The notes under the pieces are model-generated. The model was not told where the DNA came from. It saw only the letters and a list, made by a program, of their open reading frames with translations, and made no database searches. From NCBI GenBank assembly GCA_021825585.1, contig JAKAGT010000008.1, forward strand, positions 53,513-117,512: a stretch of 64,000 bases of DNA, read 5' to 3'. This stretch comes from Bacteroidota bacterium. GTDB taxonomy: Bacteria > Bacteroidota > Ignavibacteria > Kryptoniales > JAKASW01. The translations under genes were made by a program, and so were the position numbers. Each line of letters begins with the position of its first letter. The first letter of the stretch is position 1. This document shows positions 10,656 to 20,510 of this stretch, in pieces.

Positions 10656-10834
10656 GAAGACGGTTGGGCTACATTTTTCATACCTGGTGGTCTATATGAG
10701 AAATGTCAACATAATGGGGGAAAAAGCGACAGGTCGTTTCAGTTGGAGCATATCCCAGCGGAGAGTTCTCTTCTCTTCGGATCCGCTGAGTAATCCGTTC
10801 TCGCACCTTTCCCCGTAGACTTCTGAGGAAAGCT

Positions 10835-10922
<88 letters not shown>

Positions 10923-10972
10923 AACAATGACTTACAGGATACCCGGCAGGTTCTCACTGCCAGATAATCCAG

Positions 10973-11060
10973 CGGAGAGGGAGAGATTCGAACTCTCGGT
11001 CCCGCGATGCGGGACAACGGTTTTCGAGACCGCCCCGTTCGACCGCTCCGGCACCTCTCC
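10973..11060 (-). tRNA. tRNA-Ser(CGA)
   Basis: GGAGAGG acceptor stem, anticodon arm GCGGT-CTCGAAA-ACCGT, long variable arm, GTTCGAATC; CCA not encoded. Confidence 0.95.
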
Positions 11061-11138
11061 AGGACTTGCCAATTCATACCCCGTGGGAGACACAGACAAC
11101 TTTCATGACGGGTGTGTACAGCATGAAGCAAGCGTGTA

Positions 11139-11167
11139 AATTTAATACTTTGGACTTACGTCTACAA
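11139..11167 (-). promoter_or_regulatory. Promoter of the tRNA-Ser pair
   Basis: TTGTAG-17bp-TAAATT on the minus strand. Confidence 0.55.
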
Positions 11168-11219
11168 GAAAAACCGTGAAAATTTGCTCCAGATTCCCCC
11201 TTCGTTTTGATCCCCTGGC

Positions 11220-11248
11220 TTGAAGATAAATCCGCCTGAGCCTATCTT
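11220..11248 (+). promoter_or_regulatory. Promoter of the ccm operon (leaderless-type spacing)
   Basis: TTGAAG-17bp-TATCTT, ending 7 nt before ATG 11256. Confidence 0.55.
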
Positions 11249-11255
11249 GATGTTC

Positions 11256-11918
11256 ATGAAAGCTGCCGCGGCAATATTGTCGAAGGACTTTTACAGCGAA
11301 TTACGAACTCGGTATGCCTTGAATTCACTGATAATGTTCGTAGTCGTTACTCTCTCGATAATCCTCTTCTCCACAGCGGGCGAGGCGGTATCTCCGAGCC
11401 TTTCGGCCGGGATACTCTGGATCATAATCTTTTTTGCCGCGATGAGCGGGCTATCACGTTGTTTCGTCAGCGAGGAAGAACGTGGCACCGCAATGACACT
11501 CCAGCTGTGGGTGAAACCCTCTTCAGTACTGCTTGGAAAACTCGCGTTCAACTCCCTTCTCATATACGTCCTGAACGCGATGATAATAGCGGCCTACCTG
11601 GTGACAATGCCTTCATTCGTCGTGAAAGCTCCCCTTGTGTTCATTCTGACAATCCTGATAGGAAGCTTCGGGCTTGCGTCGGCATCGACTTTTATCGCAG
11701 CAATCATTTCCAAGGCTAATTCTAAAGGGACGCTTTACCCGGTTCTGTCATTCCCGATACTGCTTCCTCTCCTGGTGAGTGTGATAGATGCGACGAGGCT
11801 GTCGGTCGAGGGTGGATCGTTAGCGGAAGCCATGGGGGATTTTAAGATAATGTTCTCATACAGTGTGGTAGTGACCACAGTGGCAATCGTGTTGTTTGAC
11901 TTTGTATGGAGGGATTAG
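11256..11918 (+). CDS. ccmB: Heme exporter protein CcmB
   Basis: KDFYSELR, F..EEERGT, LYPVLSFPILLP; about 6 TM helices; first gene of the ccm cluster. Confidence 0.9.
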   Translation: MKAAAAILSKDFYSELRTRYALNSLIMFVVVTLSIILFSTAGEAVSPSLSAGILWIIIFFAAMSGLSRCFVSEEERGTAMTLQLWVKPSSVLLGKLAFNSLLIYVLNAMIIAAYLVTMPSFVVKAPLVFILTILIGSFGLASASTFIAAIISKANSKGTLYPVLSFPILLPLLVSVIDATRLSVEGGSLAEAMGDFKIMFSYSVVVTTVAIVLFDFVWRD

Positions 11919-12599
11919 ATGAAGACGTGGATGAAAATAGTAATAGGCATCTGGATAACAGCAGTCATCGCGATTGGATTGGCAATGCCGATAGGATATA
12001 TCCCGGGTTTGGGAGCAAAGGCACGAATAATATATTTCCATGTTCCGATGTCATGGTTGTCGGTACTTGCCTTCTTCATGTCAATGTGGTACGGTATCGG
12101 CTATCTTCGGAAGAAAGACATGAAGTATGATATAAAATCTGCCACAGCTGCAGAGTTAGGTTTCGTCTTCAGTATTCTGGCGACAATAACAGGCTCGATC
12201 TGGGCAAAATTCAGCTGGGGGAGTTTCTGGAACTGGGACCCGAGGGAGACTTCAATCTTCGTCCTCCTTCTGATTTACGGTGCATACTTCGCACTCAGGA
12301 GCGCTTTGGAAATAGAGGAGAGGCGCGCTTCCCTTTCTGCGGTCTATTCAGTAGTCGCGTTCGTGACTGTTCCCTTCTTCGTCTTTATTATGCCGAGAAT
12401 TATGTTCAGCCTTCATCCGGGAGGCGGCGGTTCTCCCGCTCCAATATTGAATTCCAGCGGGAAAATGTATATGGAGGCGAGCATGCGTTACGTGTTCTAT
12501 GCCTCACTCATAGGGTTTACCGGCCTTTATCTCTGGCTGTTTCAAATTAGGGCGAAAATTGGATTGTTGAACTACAATAGTCTCTTGGAGAATGAATAA
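11919..12599 (+). CDS. ccmC: Cytochrome c biogenesis protein CcmC
   Basis: YFHVP, WWD domain WAKFSWGSFWNWDPRE, SLHP. Confidence 0.92.
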   Translation: MKTWMKIVIGIWITAVIAIGLAMPIGYIPGLGAKARIIYFHVPMSWLSVLAFFMSMWYGIGYLRKKDMKYDIKSATAAELGFVFSILATITGSIWAKFSWGSFWNWDPRETSIFVLLLIYGAYFALRSALEIEERRASLSAVYSVVAFVTVPFFVFIMPRIMFSLHPGGGGSPAPILNSSGKMYMEASMRYVFYASLIGFTGLYLWLFQIRAKIGLLNYNSLLENE

Positions 12600-12761
12600 A
12601 TGAGCTCTTTATATACGTTTCTTAACACGAATTCGCTTTATGTGGTGTTGCTGGTCGTTTTGGTCATTTGGGTGGGAATCTTTGCCTATTTATTTCGTTT
12701 AGATAAGAAGGTCACCAGATTGTATGAAAAGAGTGAACGCGAAAAGGAGAATGTCAAATGA
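12600..12761 (+). CDS. ccmD: CcmD family protein (53 aa, below the ORF track cutoff)
   Basis: MSSLYTFLNTNSLYVVLLVVLVIWVGIFAYLFRLDKKVTRLYEKSEREKENVK; one TM helix plus charged tail; lies exactly between ccmC and ccmE with an ATGA overlap. Confidence 0.85.
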   Translation: MSSLYTFLNTNSLYVVLLVVLVIWVGIFAYLFRLDKKVTRLYEKSEREKENVK

Positions 12762-13168
12762 AGACTAAATATATTGTGGCAGGCGTCGTAATTGCTGCTT
12801 TTGTCGTGTTCGGCGCGGTTTCATTTATGCAAAATAACATAGCTTATGTGTCCGCAAAGACCGCCGAAAAAACGAACCGGACAGTTCAGGTGAAGGGATC
12901 CTGGGTGAAAAGCATGCAAAGCTATTACGACCCAAATACAAACACATTCCATTTTTATATGATGGACGACAACAAAACGATTCTCCCTGTCGTGCTTGCG
13001 GGGGCGAAACCGAACAATTTTGAAATTGCCAACGACATCGTTGCCAAAGGTCGGTATGAAGACGGCGCCTTTCAGGCAAGCGAAGTGCTGACCAAGTGCC
13101 CATCGAAATATCAATCCAAGACAGGACCTCAAGCCTCTAATCAGTCATCCTCCAGCAGTTTAAATTAG
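12758..13168 (+). CDS. ccmE: Heme chaperone CcmE, CxxxY variant
   Basis: N-terminal anchor; P.NF...VAKG; LTKCPSKY. Confidence 0.9.
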   Translation: MKTKYIVAGVVIAAFVVFGAVSFMQNNIAYVSAKTAEKTNRTVQVKGSWVKSMQSYYDPNTNTFHFYMMDDNKTILPVVLAGAKPNNFEIANDIVAKGRYEDGAFQASEVLTKCPSKYQSKTGPQASNQSSSSSLN

Positions 13169-13186
13169 TCGGAGGCACACATAATC

Positions 13187-15580
13187 ATGTTAGGCCGTAT
13201 TCTAATATACGCGGCGTTCGGTGGAATGCTGACCGCCGCGTTTGCATATATATACAGTTTCCTCAAAGAAGACGCCAATACCGTTAAAGTCGCAAGAGCA
13301 GCTTATCATGTCGGCACCATCTCCGTAATTCTTACTGCCGGGTACATGATGAACCTGCTCCTCACCCACCAGTTCCAATACACTTACGTCTGGAGCTACA
13401 GTTCTTACGAACTCCATCCTCCTCTCCTCATATCGACTTTCTACGTGGGGCAGGAAGGAAGCTTCATGTTATGGACGCTGTACACTTCGATAATCGGGCT
13501 CATACTCATGGTTTACTCGAGAAAACATAACTATGAGTCGTCCATAATGGGTGTTTATTCAGCCATCACGACCTTCCTGGTGTTGATCTTCCTGATAAAG
13601 AATCCTTTCGAGCATGTCTGGCAGACATGGCCGGCCAGTGTAAAACCGGGCTTCATGCCCGGCAATGGCAGAGGATTGAATCCCCTCCTCGAAAATTTCT
13701 GGATTGTAATACATCCGCCAATTTTGTTCCTCGGATTTGCCTCCACTGCCGTCCCCTTCGCGCATGCAATCTCCGGACTGGTCAGGAAGGACTACAAGAA
13801 CTGGACTAGAGTTGCAGTACCCTGGACACTTTTCACGTCAGCAGTGTTGGGATTCGGAATCACGCTTGGAGGGTTCTGGGCGTACGAGACACTGGGATGG
13901 GGAGGTTTCTGGGGTTGGGACCCAGTTGAGAACTCGTCCTTCATTCCCTGGCTGGTCGCCGTCGCATCCGTGCACACTCTCCTTGTCCAGCGCCGAACCG
14001 GCGGTTTCAAGAGGGCAAATTTCCTAATGGGGATGCTTCCCTTCCTCCTGGTTCTTTACAGTACATTTCTCACAAGAAGCGGCGTCCTGGGCGATACATC
14101 GGTACACAGTTTCGAGACACCGGGAAAATGGATATATATCTACCTTGTCGCGCTGATTGCGTTCTTTGCTGTAGTAGGTTTTGGCCTCTATTTATTCCGC
14201 GTTCGGGATATTCCCAAGGAAAAGATCAACTATACACTCACGTCACGTGAATTCGCGTTGTTCCTCGGAGCCGCCTCACTGGTCATCGTGGCGGCGTTCA
14301 CATTGATCGGCACTAGTGCGCCACTCATCACCGGTATCCTGGAAGGCAAGCCGAGTGCGATCAGTACCAGTTATTATGTTAAGACTAATTTGCCGCTTGC
14401 CATAGTTATAGCGACGATGATTGGATTGGGACAACTTTTCTGGTGGAAAAAATCGAACTCGCAGACTCTGTTCAAAACGATGAGATTCCCCCTGATTGCA
14501 GCCGCGGCCCTGACGTCGATAGTCATTGTCGCCGGAATGCACAGTGTATCCATGATACTCTTCTTTCTTGCCAGCTCATTCGCCCTTTTCGTGAACCTGC
14601 AAATAGCTTACAAGATCGCAAAGGGGAGGCCGGCATTCATGGGCGCATCGATTGCACATTTAGGGATCGCCCTCCTCTTCATCGGGATAATCGCGTCGAC
14701 TCATTATGACAAACACGTGACCATTTCTCTTGCACCGAATGAAACTCAGACTGCATTCGGATACGATTTGACTTATACGGGCACGACGCAGCTGGCACAT
14801 GGACGGACAGCATACAACGTTGTCGTTCGGAGCGGCAAAAGCAAATTCAACGCCCCTCTCGTGATGTATGCAAGCCAGTACAACGGCGGAGCGATGATGC
14901 GGCATCCGTACATCTTCAGCCTGATCAATTACGATATATTCAGCCATCCGGCGCTCATGGCTTTCATCGGCAGGAACATGCTGACACGCGACCTTTATCT
15001 ATCGCCTCAAGGACTTGAGCCGCTCGGTTCGAGCGAGTTTCAGGCGACCCAATACGGCATCTCCGTCCCGCTTAAGATTCACGAGCCGGTCAAGGCAGGC
15101 AGGTACACCTTCACTTTCACGGGTTTTGAGGTGCCGGAATCCGAGCGTGAAGCCATGATGGACGGCCGCCCATTCCATCTCGGCTCGATCATCACAATTA
15201 CGAACGCCGCCGGGAAGACTCAGACGATAGTCCCGACGGACGAGATAGAACCGAACGGCAGCACTAAAATGCGTACCGTCACGGCGGAGTCCGGGGACAA
15301 ATTCACCGTCCTTGATGTTCAGGTGAACGACAAGACTAAGGAGGCGGCAATCACATTAGGATATATGCCTCCCGCCAACTCTCCGGATTTCTCCCTACTG
15401 AAGCAGGCAGCCCGACAGACGCAGGACCCGAAGCAGGCTCTCGTGATCGAGGCCACCATAAAGCCGTTCATAAATCTCGTATGGGGCGGTGTTTTTGTGA
15501 TGGTCGTCGGTTTTATAGTAACGTGGAGAAGGCGGCGTGCGGAACTTCTTAAAGAACAGCCACACCCGGTAAATAGTTAG
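13187..15580 (+). CDS. ccmF: Heme lyase CcmF
   Basis: GQEGS, GLNPLL, IHPP, WAY..LGWGGFWGWDPVEN, TRSG...SVHSF, AHLG, KPFINLVW. Confidence 0.93.
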   Translation: MLGRILIYAAFGGMLTAAFAYIYSFLKEDANTVKVARAAYHVGTISVILTAGYMMNLLLTHQFQYTYVWSYSSYELHPPLLISTFYVGQEGSFMLWTLYTSIIGLILMVYSRKHNYESSIMGVYSAITTFLVLIFLIKNPFEHVWQTWPASVKPGFMPGNGRGLNPLLENFWIVIHPPILFLGFASTAVPFAHAISGLVRKDYKNWTRVAVPWTLFTSAVLGFGITLGGFWAYETLGWGGFWGWDPVENSSFIPWLVAVASVHTLLVQRRTGGFKRANFLMGMLPFLLVLYSTFLTRSGVLGDTSVHSFETPGKWIYIYLVALIAFFAVVGFGLYLFRVRDIPKEKINYTLTSREFALFLGAASLVIVAAFTLIGTSAPLITGILEGKPSAISTSYYVKTNLPLAIVIATMIGLGQLFWWKKSNSQTLFKTMRFPLIAAAALTSIVIVAGMHSVSMILFFLASSFALFVNLQIAYKIAKGRPAFMGASIAHLGIALLFIGIIASTHYDKHVTISLAPNETQTAFGYDLTYTGTTQLAHGRTAYNVVVRSGKSKFNAPLVMYASQYNGGAMMRHPYIFSLINYDIFSHPALMAFIGRNMLTRDLYLSPQGLEPLGSSEFQATQYGISVPLKIHEPVKAGRYTFTFTGFEVPESEREAMMDGRPFHLGSIITITNAAGKTQTIVPTDEIEPNGSTKMRTVTAESGDKFTVLDVQVNDKTKEAAITLGYMPPANSPDFSLLKQAARQTQDPKQALVIEATIKPFINLVWGGVFVMVVGFIVTWRRRRAELLKEQPHPVNS

Positions 15581-15592
15581 CGGCGAATCACC

Positions 15593-15620
15593 AAAAAGCC
15601 CCGGCCTGCCGGGGCTTTTT
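15593..15620. terminator. Bidirectional intrinsic terminator between convergent ccmF and copZ
   Basis: AAAAAGCCCCGGC-CT-GCCGGGGCTTTTT: perfect inverted repeat with A and T tracts on either side. Confidence 0.85.
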
Positions 15621-15654
15621 CACACCCATTCCTATTCTCGATCCGGTGATGCGG

Positions 15655-15882
15655 TCAGTTCGCCGAGACGAATTTATATCCGACTTCTTCGATTTTCTTC
15701 CTGACCTCGTCAAGATCGAGTTCGTCCTTGTACTGGATCTCGACGCTTTTCTTCTCATGATTCGCCTTTGCCGTCTTGACGCCGGAGACTTCGAGCAGAG
15801 CCTTCTCTACCGTCATCTCGCAATGGTGGCATGTCATGCCGTCGACTTGCACGATCTTTTTCTTCGTTCCCAGGTTAAACAT
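15655..15882 (-). CDS. copZ: Copper chaperone (HMA domain)
   Basis: GMTCHHC; 75 aa; directly downstream of copA. Confidence 0.85.
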   Translation of the reverse strand: MFNLGTKKKIVQVDGMTCHHCEMTVEKALLEVSGVKTAKANHEKKSVEIQYKDELDLDEVRKKIEEVGYKFVSAN

Positions 15883-15905
15883 AATCGCCTCTGTTATTTT
15901 TTTCC

Positions 15906-18212
15906 TTAAAAGCTGAATTTCGTTCTTTTCAGCCGAAGTGAATTGCTCACGACGCTGACGGAGCTTAGGGCCATCGCGACTGAAGCAACCATCGGATTCA
16001 GTTGAAGTCCCGTGAATGGAAAGAAGGCACCTGCTGCAAGTGGAATCAGGACAATATTGTAGAAGAACGCCCAGAACAGGTTCTGCTTAATCACCTTAAG
16101 CGTACCTTTGGAAAGACTTATCGAGATCGGGACAAGTTTCAGATCATTTCTGACGAGCGTTATGTTAGCGGCCTCGACTGCAATGTCTGTTCCTGTTGCC
16201 ATGGCGATGCCAAGATCCGCCTGTGTCAATGCCGGCGCATCGTTGATTCCGTCTCCCACAAAAGCGACAACCTCGCCCGATTCCTGCAGCTTTTTGATCA
16301 CATCGAACTTGCCGTCCGGCAGCACATTCGCAAAATGCTTGTCGATACCGACCTGTCCGGCAATACGCCTGGCAGAGTCCTCACTGTCCCCTGTCAGAAG
16401 GAAAGCCTTCAACCCGAGCTTTTTAATCGCCTTCACAGTCTCAGGAGCGCCTTCTCTGATGTAGTCGCTGATAAGAATGGCTCCCATCATCTTCTCATCC
16501 ACGGACACAAACAGCACCGTCGCGGCAAGGTCTTTCATCCTCGCTGCGACAAGTTCCTGAAACCGGCCGATTTCTCGATCGGAGCTGGAGCCGGATGCAA
16601 AATCAAATTTGCCGATACGAAGGACACTTTCTCCGGAGGGGCCTTTTGTTGTTACTTCAACGCCCTTTCCCGCGAAATTCTTGAATCCCGAAACGCTTCC
16701 GGCGTCGAGAGGTAAATTTCTATGTCTCGCCTCCTCCACGACCGCCTTTGCAATCGGATGTTCTGAATTTGCTTCAGCGGAGGCTACGAGTTTGAGCAGA
16801 TCATTCTCACTGACGCCTCCCAGCGGGTTTGTTTCCACGACTCTCATCTCACCGGCGGTCAGCGTACCAGTCTTATCGAAAACCACGCTTGTTATTTTCC
16901 TGGCCTGCTCGAGCGACTCGCTGTTTCTTATGAGTATACCCATTTCCGCACCCCGCCCCGTCCCGACCATGATGGCCGTAGGAGTCGCCAGGCCGAGGGC
17001 ACACGGACAGGCAACGATGAGGACCGCTACAAACGTCATCAATGAATGGATGAGGACGGGAGCGGGTCCAAACAGCGCCCAGGCACCCGCTGATATCAGC
17101 GCAATAATTATCACCGTCGGTACGAATATGGAAGCGACCTTGTCCGCCAGCCGCTGGACAGGTGGCTTTGAGGTTTGAGCTTCCTCGACCAGATTCGCAA
17201 TCCGGGTGACGAAACTCTCCTTACCGACTTTCTCGGCCCGGACGGTCATTACGCCGTCCAACGAAATGGTTCCACCGAACACCTGTCCGCCGACAGTACG
17301 CTCGACGGGGATGCTCTCGCCTGTCAACATCGATTCGTCTATCATCGAGAAGCCTTCGATCACCTTGCCGTCAACCGGGATCCTCTCGCCCGGTTTGACT
17401 CGCAATAGACCTCCCGGGTGTACAGCACTCAAGGGAACGTCGACTTCCCCCCCGTCCAGCAGAAGGTGGGCAGACGTCGGCTGCAACGCCATCAGTTTTC
17501 TGACCGCCTCCGATGATTTCCACTTTGCCTTCGCCTCGAGAATCTTTCCCAGAAGGATAAGCGTAATAATCACGGCGGTCGTATCGAAATAGACATCCGT
17601 CGACTTGCCGACAGCGACAAACATGCGCGGCCAGAAAGTAACGGCTGCGCTGTAAATGAATGCCGAAGCAGAACCGACAGCGACCAGCGTATTCATGTCT
17701 GCGGTGCCGTGCTTCAATGAATTCCAGAATCCGACGAAGAACTTGTTCCCCACATAAAATAGGATTGGAATTGTAAGGAGCATCATCACAAAATTCAGCG
17801 TGCCGGTCGGAAGCTCAGATATGAATGGAAATGCCGATCCCATGCTTCCCACGACTATGGGAACGGTGAGCACTGCGCCAACGACGAATTTCCGCCAGAG
17901 CGATTTGTATTCCCGTTCGCGGGCTTCCGATTCGACTTTGAGGGCGTCTATTTCGTCTGCCGTGTCGATGATCTTGTATCCCGCTTTCTCTACAGCCTCT
18001 TTGAGCGCGTCTAACGTGACCGATTCGGTTTGAAGCTCGACAGTGGCAGACTCAGTCGCCAGGTTTACGACCGCCTGATTTACCCCCTCAACCTTCTTCA
18101 GCGCATTCTCCACCCGCAGGACACAGCTCGCACAGGTCATTCCCTGCACGGGGAGAGTCAGCTTGATTCTGTTCTTTCCAGTGTCTTCACTAATGTCGGA
18201 GTTATTTACCAT
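15906..18212 (-). CDS. copA: Cu(I)-translocating P1B-type ATPase
   Basis: GMTCASC HMA domain, TGES, CPC, DKTGTLT, GDGIND, YN and MALSS transmembrane ligands. Confidence 0.95.
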   Translation of the reverse strand: MVNNSDISEDTGKNRIKLTLPVQGMTCASCVLRVENALKKVEGVNQAVVNLATESATVELQTESVTLDALKEAVEKAGYKIIDTADEIDALKVESEAREREYKSLWRKFVVGAVLTVPIVVGSMGSAFPFISELPTGTLNFVMMLLTIPILFYVGNKFFVGFWNSLKHGTADMNTLVAVGSASAFIYSAAVTFWPRMFVAVGKSTDVYFDTTAVIITLILLGKILEAKAKWKSSEAVRKLMALQPTSAHLLLDGGEVDVPLSAVHPGGLLRVKPGERIPVDGKVIEGFSMIDESMLTGESIPVERTVGGQVFGGTISLDGVMTVRAEKVGKESFVTRIANLVEEAQTSKPPVQRLADKVASIFVPTVIIIALISAGAWALFGPAPVLIHSLMTFVAVLIVACPCALGLATPTAIMVGTGRGAEMGILIRNSESLEQARKITSVVFDKTGTLTAGEMRVVETNPLGGVSENDLLKLVASAEANSEHPIAKAVVEEARHRNLPLDAGSVSGFKNFAGKGVEVTTKGPSGESVLRIGKFDFASGSSSDREIGRFQELVAARMKDLAATVLFVSVDEKMMGAILISDYIREGAPETVKAIKKLGLKAFLLTGDSEDSARRIAGQVGIDKHFANVLPDGKFDVIKKLQESGEVVAFVGDGINDAPALTQADLGIAMATGTDIAVEAANITLVRNDLKLVPISISLSKGTLKVIKQNLFWAFFYNIVLIPLAAGAFFPFTGLQLNPMVASVAMALSSVSVVSNSLRLKRTKFSF

Positions 18213-18846
18213 TTCCGGAACCTAAGTCCTTCTTCAGCACGACCTTGACATCACCGAGTGCGGCTTCATGGCTGTCGTTCGTAGCGAGTATAACTATCTT
18301 GTCCTTCCTGTAACTCTCGATTACGGAGAGTACCATGTCCACCCCCGCCTGATCCAGATTTGCTGTCGGCTCGTCGAGGACGAGGACACCCGGGTCATGA
18401 ATCAATGCCGCCGCGTATTTCAACCGCTGCTTCATGCCGGAAGAGAACCCTTTCAATGCATCGTCCTTTCTATTAAACAATCCCACGAGCTTAAGTGTTT
18501 CCAGTACCTTCTGCTCATTGATTTTCGACAGATTTCGAGCCCGCAATTCTATCTGCAGGTTTTCATAAGCGGTAAACTCCCCGTAGAGTTCAAGATACGG
18601 AGACACAAACCCAATATGCCGGTGCACTTCATCCCGCTCGATCCTGCCGGTACCGTTTGAAAGTATGATCTCACCGGACGTCGGCGTCAGAATCCCGCAA
18701 ATCATTTTGGAGGCGGTGGATTTTCCGGACCCATTCGGACCCGTGATGGAGAGAACTTCGCCGGATTTCACTTCAAAGGAAATATTCTGGAATACAATGC
18801 GCCGGTTGAAGACTTTCTTCAGCTGCCTTGCGGTCAGAATCATCAA
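18202..18846 (-). CDS. ABC ATP-binding protein, CcmA-like
   Basis: GPNGSGKS, FSSGMKQR, LDEP; 214 aa with no permease in its operon; ccmA is missing from the neighbouring ccmB-F cluster. Confidence 0.7.
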   Translation of the reverse strand: MMILTARQLKKVFNRRIVFQNISFEVKSGEVLSITGPNGSGKSTASKMICGILTPTSGEIILSNGTGRIERDEVHRHIGFVSPYLELYGEFTAYENLQIELRARNLSKINEQKVLETLKLVGLFNRKDDALKGFSSGMKQRLKYAAALIHDPGVLVLDEPTANLDQAGVDMVLSVIESYRKDKIVILATNDSHEAALGDVKVVLKKDLGSGNGK

Positions 18847-20510
18847 TTCCTCACTACGGCAATCTTGCCCATTATGCTTTTTGAACCATCTGTCAACACA
18901 TAAATATAAATACCGCTCGCGACAGTTTTTCCGTTACTCTCGCGCCCATCCCACAGGAAATACCTTCCTCGAAGGTAGTAGGCCAAATACGAATCACCAC
19001 TTAAAGTGTTAAGCAGTTCGCCCGAAACGCTGTAGACATAGAGACTTGGAGCCTTTGTATCCTGAAAGGGATAAGGAATCTTGACCGCCTGAAAAGCAGG
19101 ATTGAACGGTTGGGGAAACACCACGTCCCCTCCTGCCGCCAGCGCCTGGCTCAAGATGAACGGGACAAGGCCCCAGTTAGAGTAGTTCGACACGTTGAAA
19201 AAGAGGCAGTATCCGCCCTTCAGCTCCCTTACACAATTTGTCCCGCCGCTGGAAATTCCCACCGAGAACGGATGACTGGCAGTGTCGCTTTCGGCTGCAG
19301 CCGCGAAGTTCGTGTTCGCAACTCCAATCCCAACCGTGTCCGGTCCATCATTAACCTGGTAAAAATGTTCGGAAAGACTCAGCGCGTTATCGGAGAAGTC
19401 GACACCGCTCCCCGAGAGGTCGCCGATGCCGCTTATCTTCACCAGCGGATAATTCTCCGACTCAGGGTAAGTCGATAAACCATATTCTCCCGCCAGCGCT
19501 GACCTGTATCCTGTCAGGTAGTTCCATTGAGCAAAGAGCTGAAAAGCAAATGAAGGATTGACGCCGATATGCTTGAAGGCATCCTCAATTGAAGGAAGCA
19601 CCGGTTCGTGTGCCATGTTCTGCCAAATCGATTTCATGAGCTGGATGCTGTACTGATTCTGGACGAAGATTCCGAACACGCACCTTTCGTATCCTGCATA
19701 CGTTTCGGGATTATAGGAATTGAAAGGCTCGTTGACATTATCGAAGAAATTTGTCAGATATTGGTAATAGTCCTTCACCTGAGGGTAGACCACTTGCTCC
19801 ATCCAGGTCGCCGTAAGCTCGTAGAAATATAGTTCGTCCTGCCAAAGGCCGTAATTCCCGATTTGTATCCCATGGTTGAATTCATGCGCAATGGTCACCT
19901 CGATTGCGGGTATGCCCGTCGTGTATGTCGACTGGTATTCGTTTCTTATTACTGTCCAGGTCGCGTATGTGGGATTGGCGCGGTTGATGATGGGGTGAGA
20001 GTTGTCCCAGTCTGTGTAGCCGTACTCACCGGCAGGCAGATCTTCTATGTATATATCATACTCGTTGCCGCCGCCTGCCCCGCTGTCGGAAGCAGGGGGC
20101 GGAAATCCGAGCGAATCAACTTCAACAAAATAGACGTGATCGCAAATGGCCGCGACGGTATCGGCATACGCAAACGTGCTGTTCTGTATCTCCTGGCCCG
20201 TGGAGGAATAAAGAAACGGTTGATTCACTCCCGAAGTGTCGAAGTGTATCCTGAACTTGCCTGAAAGGCTAACTATGCTCGTATCGTTTGTCGGCCTGTA
20301 TTGGAGAGCAGCTTTCACACTCAAATCGGCGTGGGGCAGGCTCAGGTAGTGCGCAATTATGTGGAAGCCGCATTTGTTGTACCCCTTCGTATTGTAACTC
20401 TCGAACAGCTTGTTCACCACTTCTCTGCGGCCGGAAGTGGCGGCAAATGTTGCCGACGAGGAGACAAGCAGGAGGACGGATAATGCCTCAAAAGTAATGT
20501 ATCGACACAT
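18843..20510 (-). CDS. Secreted putative zinc metalloprotease (MXAN_6640-like) with FlgD-Ig/T9SS-like C-terminal domain
   Basis: Signal peptide; AHEFNH (HExxH) followed by YELTATWME; C-terminal FPQPFNP...WDGRESNGKTVASGIYIY...KIAVVR. Confidence 0.7.
   Translation of the reverse strand: MCRYITFEALSVLLLVSSSATFAATSGRREVVNKLFESYNTKGYNKCGFHIIAHYLSLPHADLSVKAALQYRPTNDTSIVSLSGKFRIHFDTSGVNQPFLYSSTGQEIQNSTFAYADTVAAICDHVYFVEVDSLGFPPPASDSGAGGGNEYDIYIEDLPAGEYGYTDWDNSHPIINRANPTYATWTVIRNEYQSTYTTGIPAIEVTIAHEFNHGIQIGNYGLWQDELYFYELTATWMEQVVYPQVKDYYQYLTNFFDNVNEPFNSYNPETYAGYERCVFGIFVQNQYSIQLMKSIWQNMAHEPVLPSIEDAFKHIGVNPSFAFQLFAQWNYLTGYRSALAGEYGLSTYPESENYPLVKISGIGDLSGSGVDFSDNALSLSEHFYQVNDGPDTVGIGVANTNFAAAAESDTASHPFSVGISSGGTNCVRELKGGYCLFFNVSNYSNWGLVPFILSQALAAGGDVVFPQPFNPAFQAVKIPYPFQDTKAPSLYVYSVSGELLNTLSGDSYLAYYLRGRYFLWDGRESNGKTVASGIYIYVLTDGSKSIMGKIAVVRN

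Noticed and set aside
10755-10765. 11-bp copy (CCAGCGGAGAG) of the tRNA-Ser(CGA) 3' end as a possible att site
   Set aside because: Too short, forms one arm of a local hairpin, and no integrase or island is nearby
11097-11121. Similarity to the 16S rRNA 1392 region (TGTACACACC/CGTCATGAAAG on the minus strand)
   Set aside because: Needs a gap, has no flanking rRNA similarity, and is partly explained by a TTCATG/CATGAA hairpin in the tRNA leader
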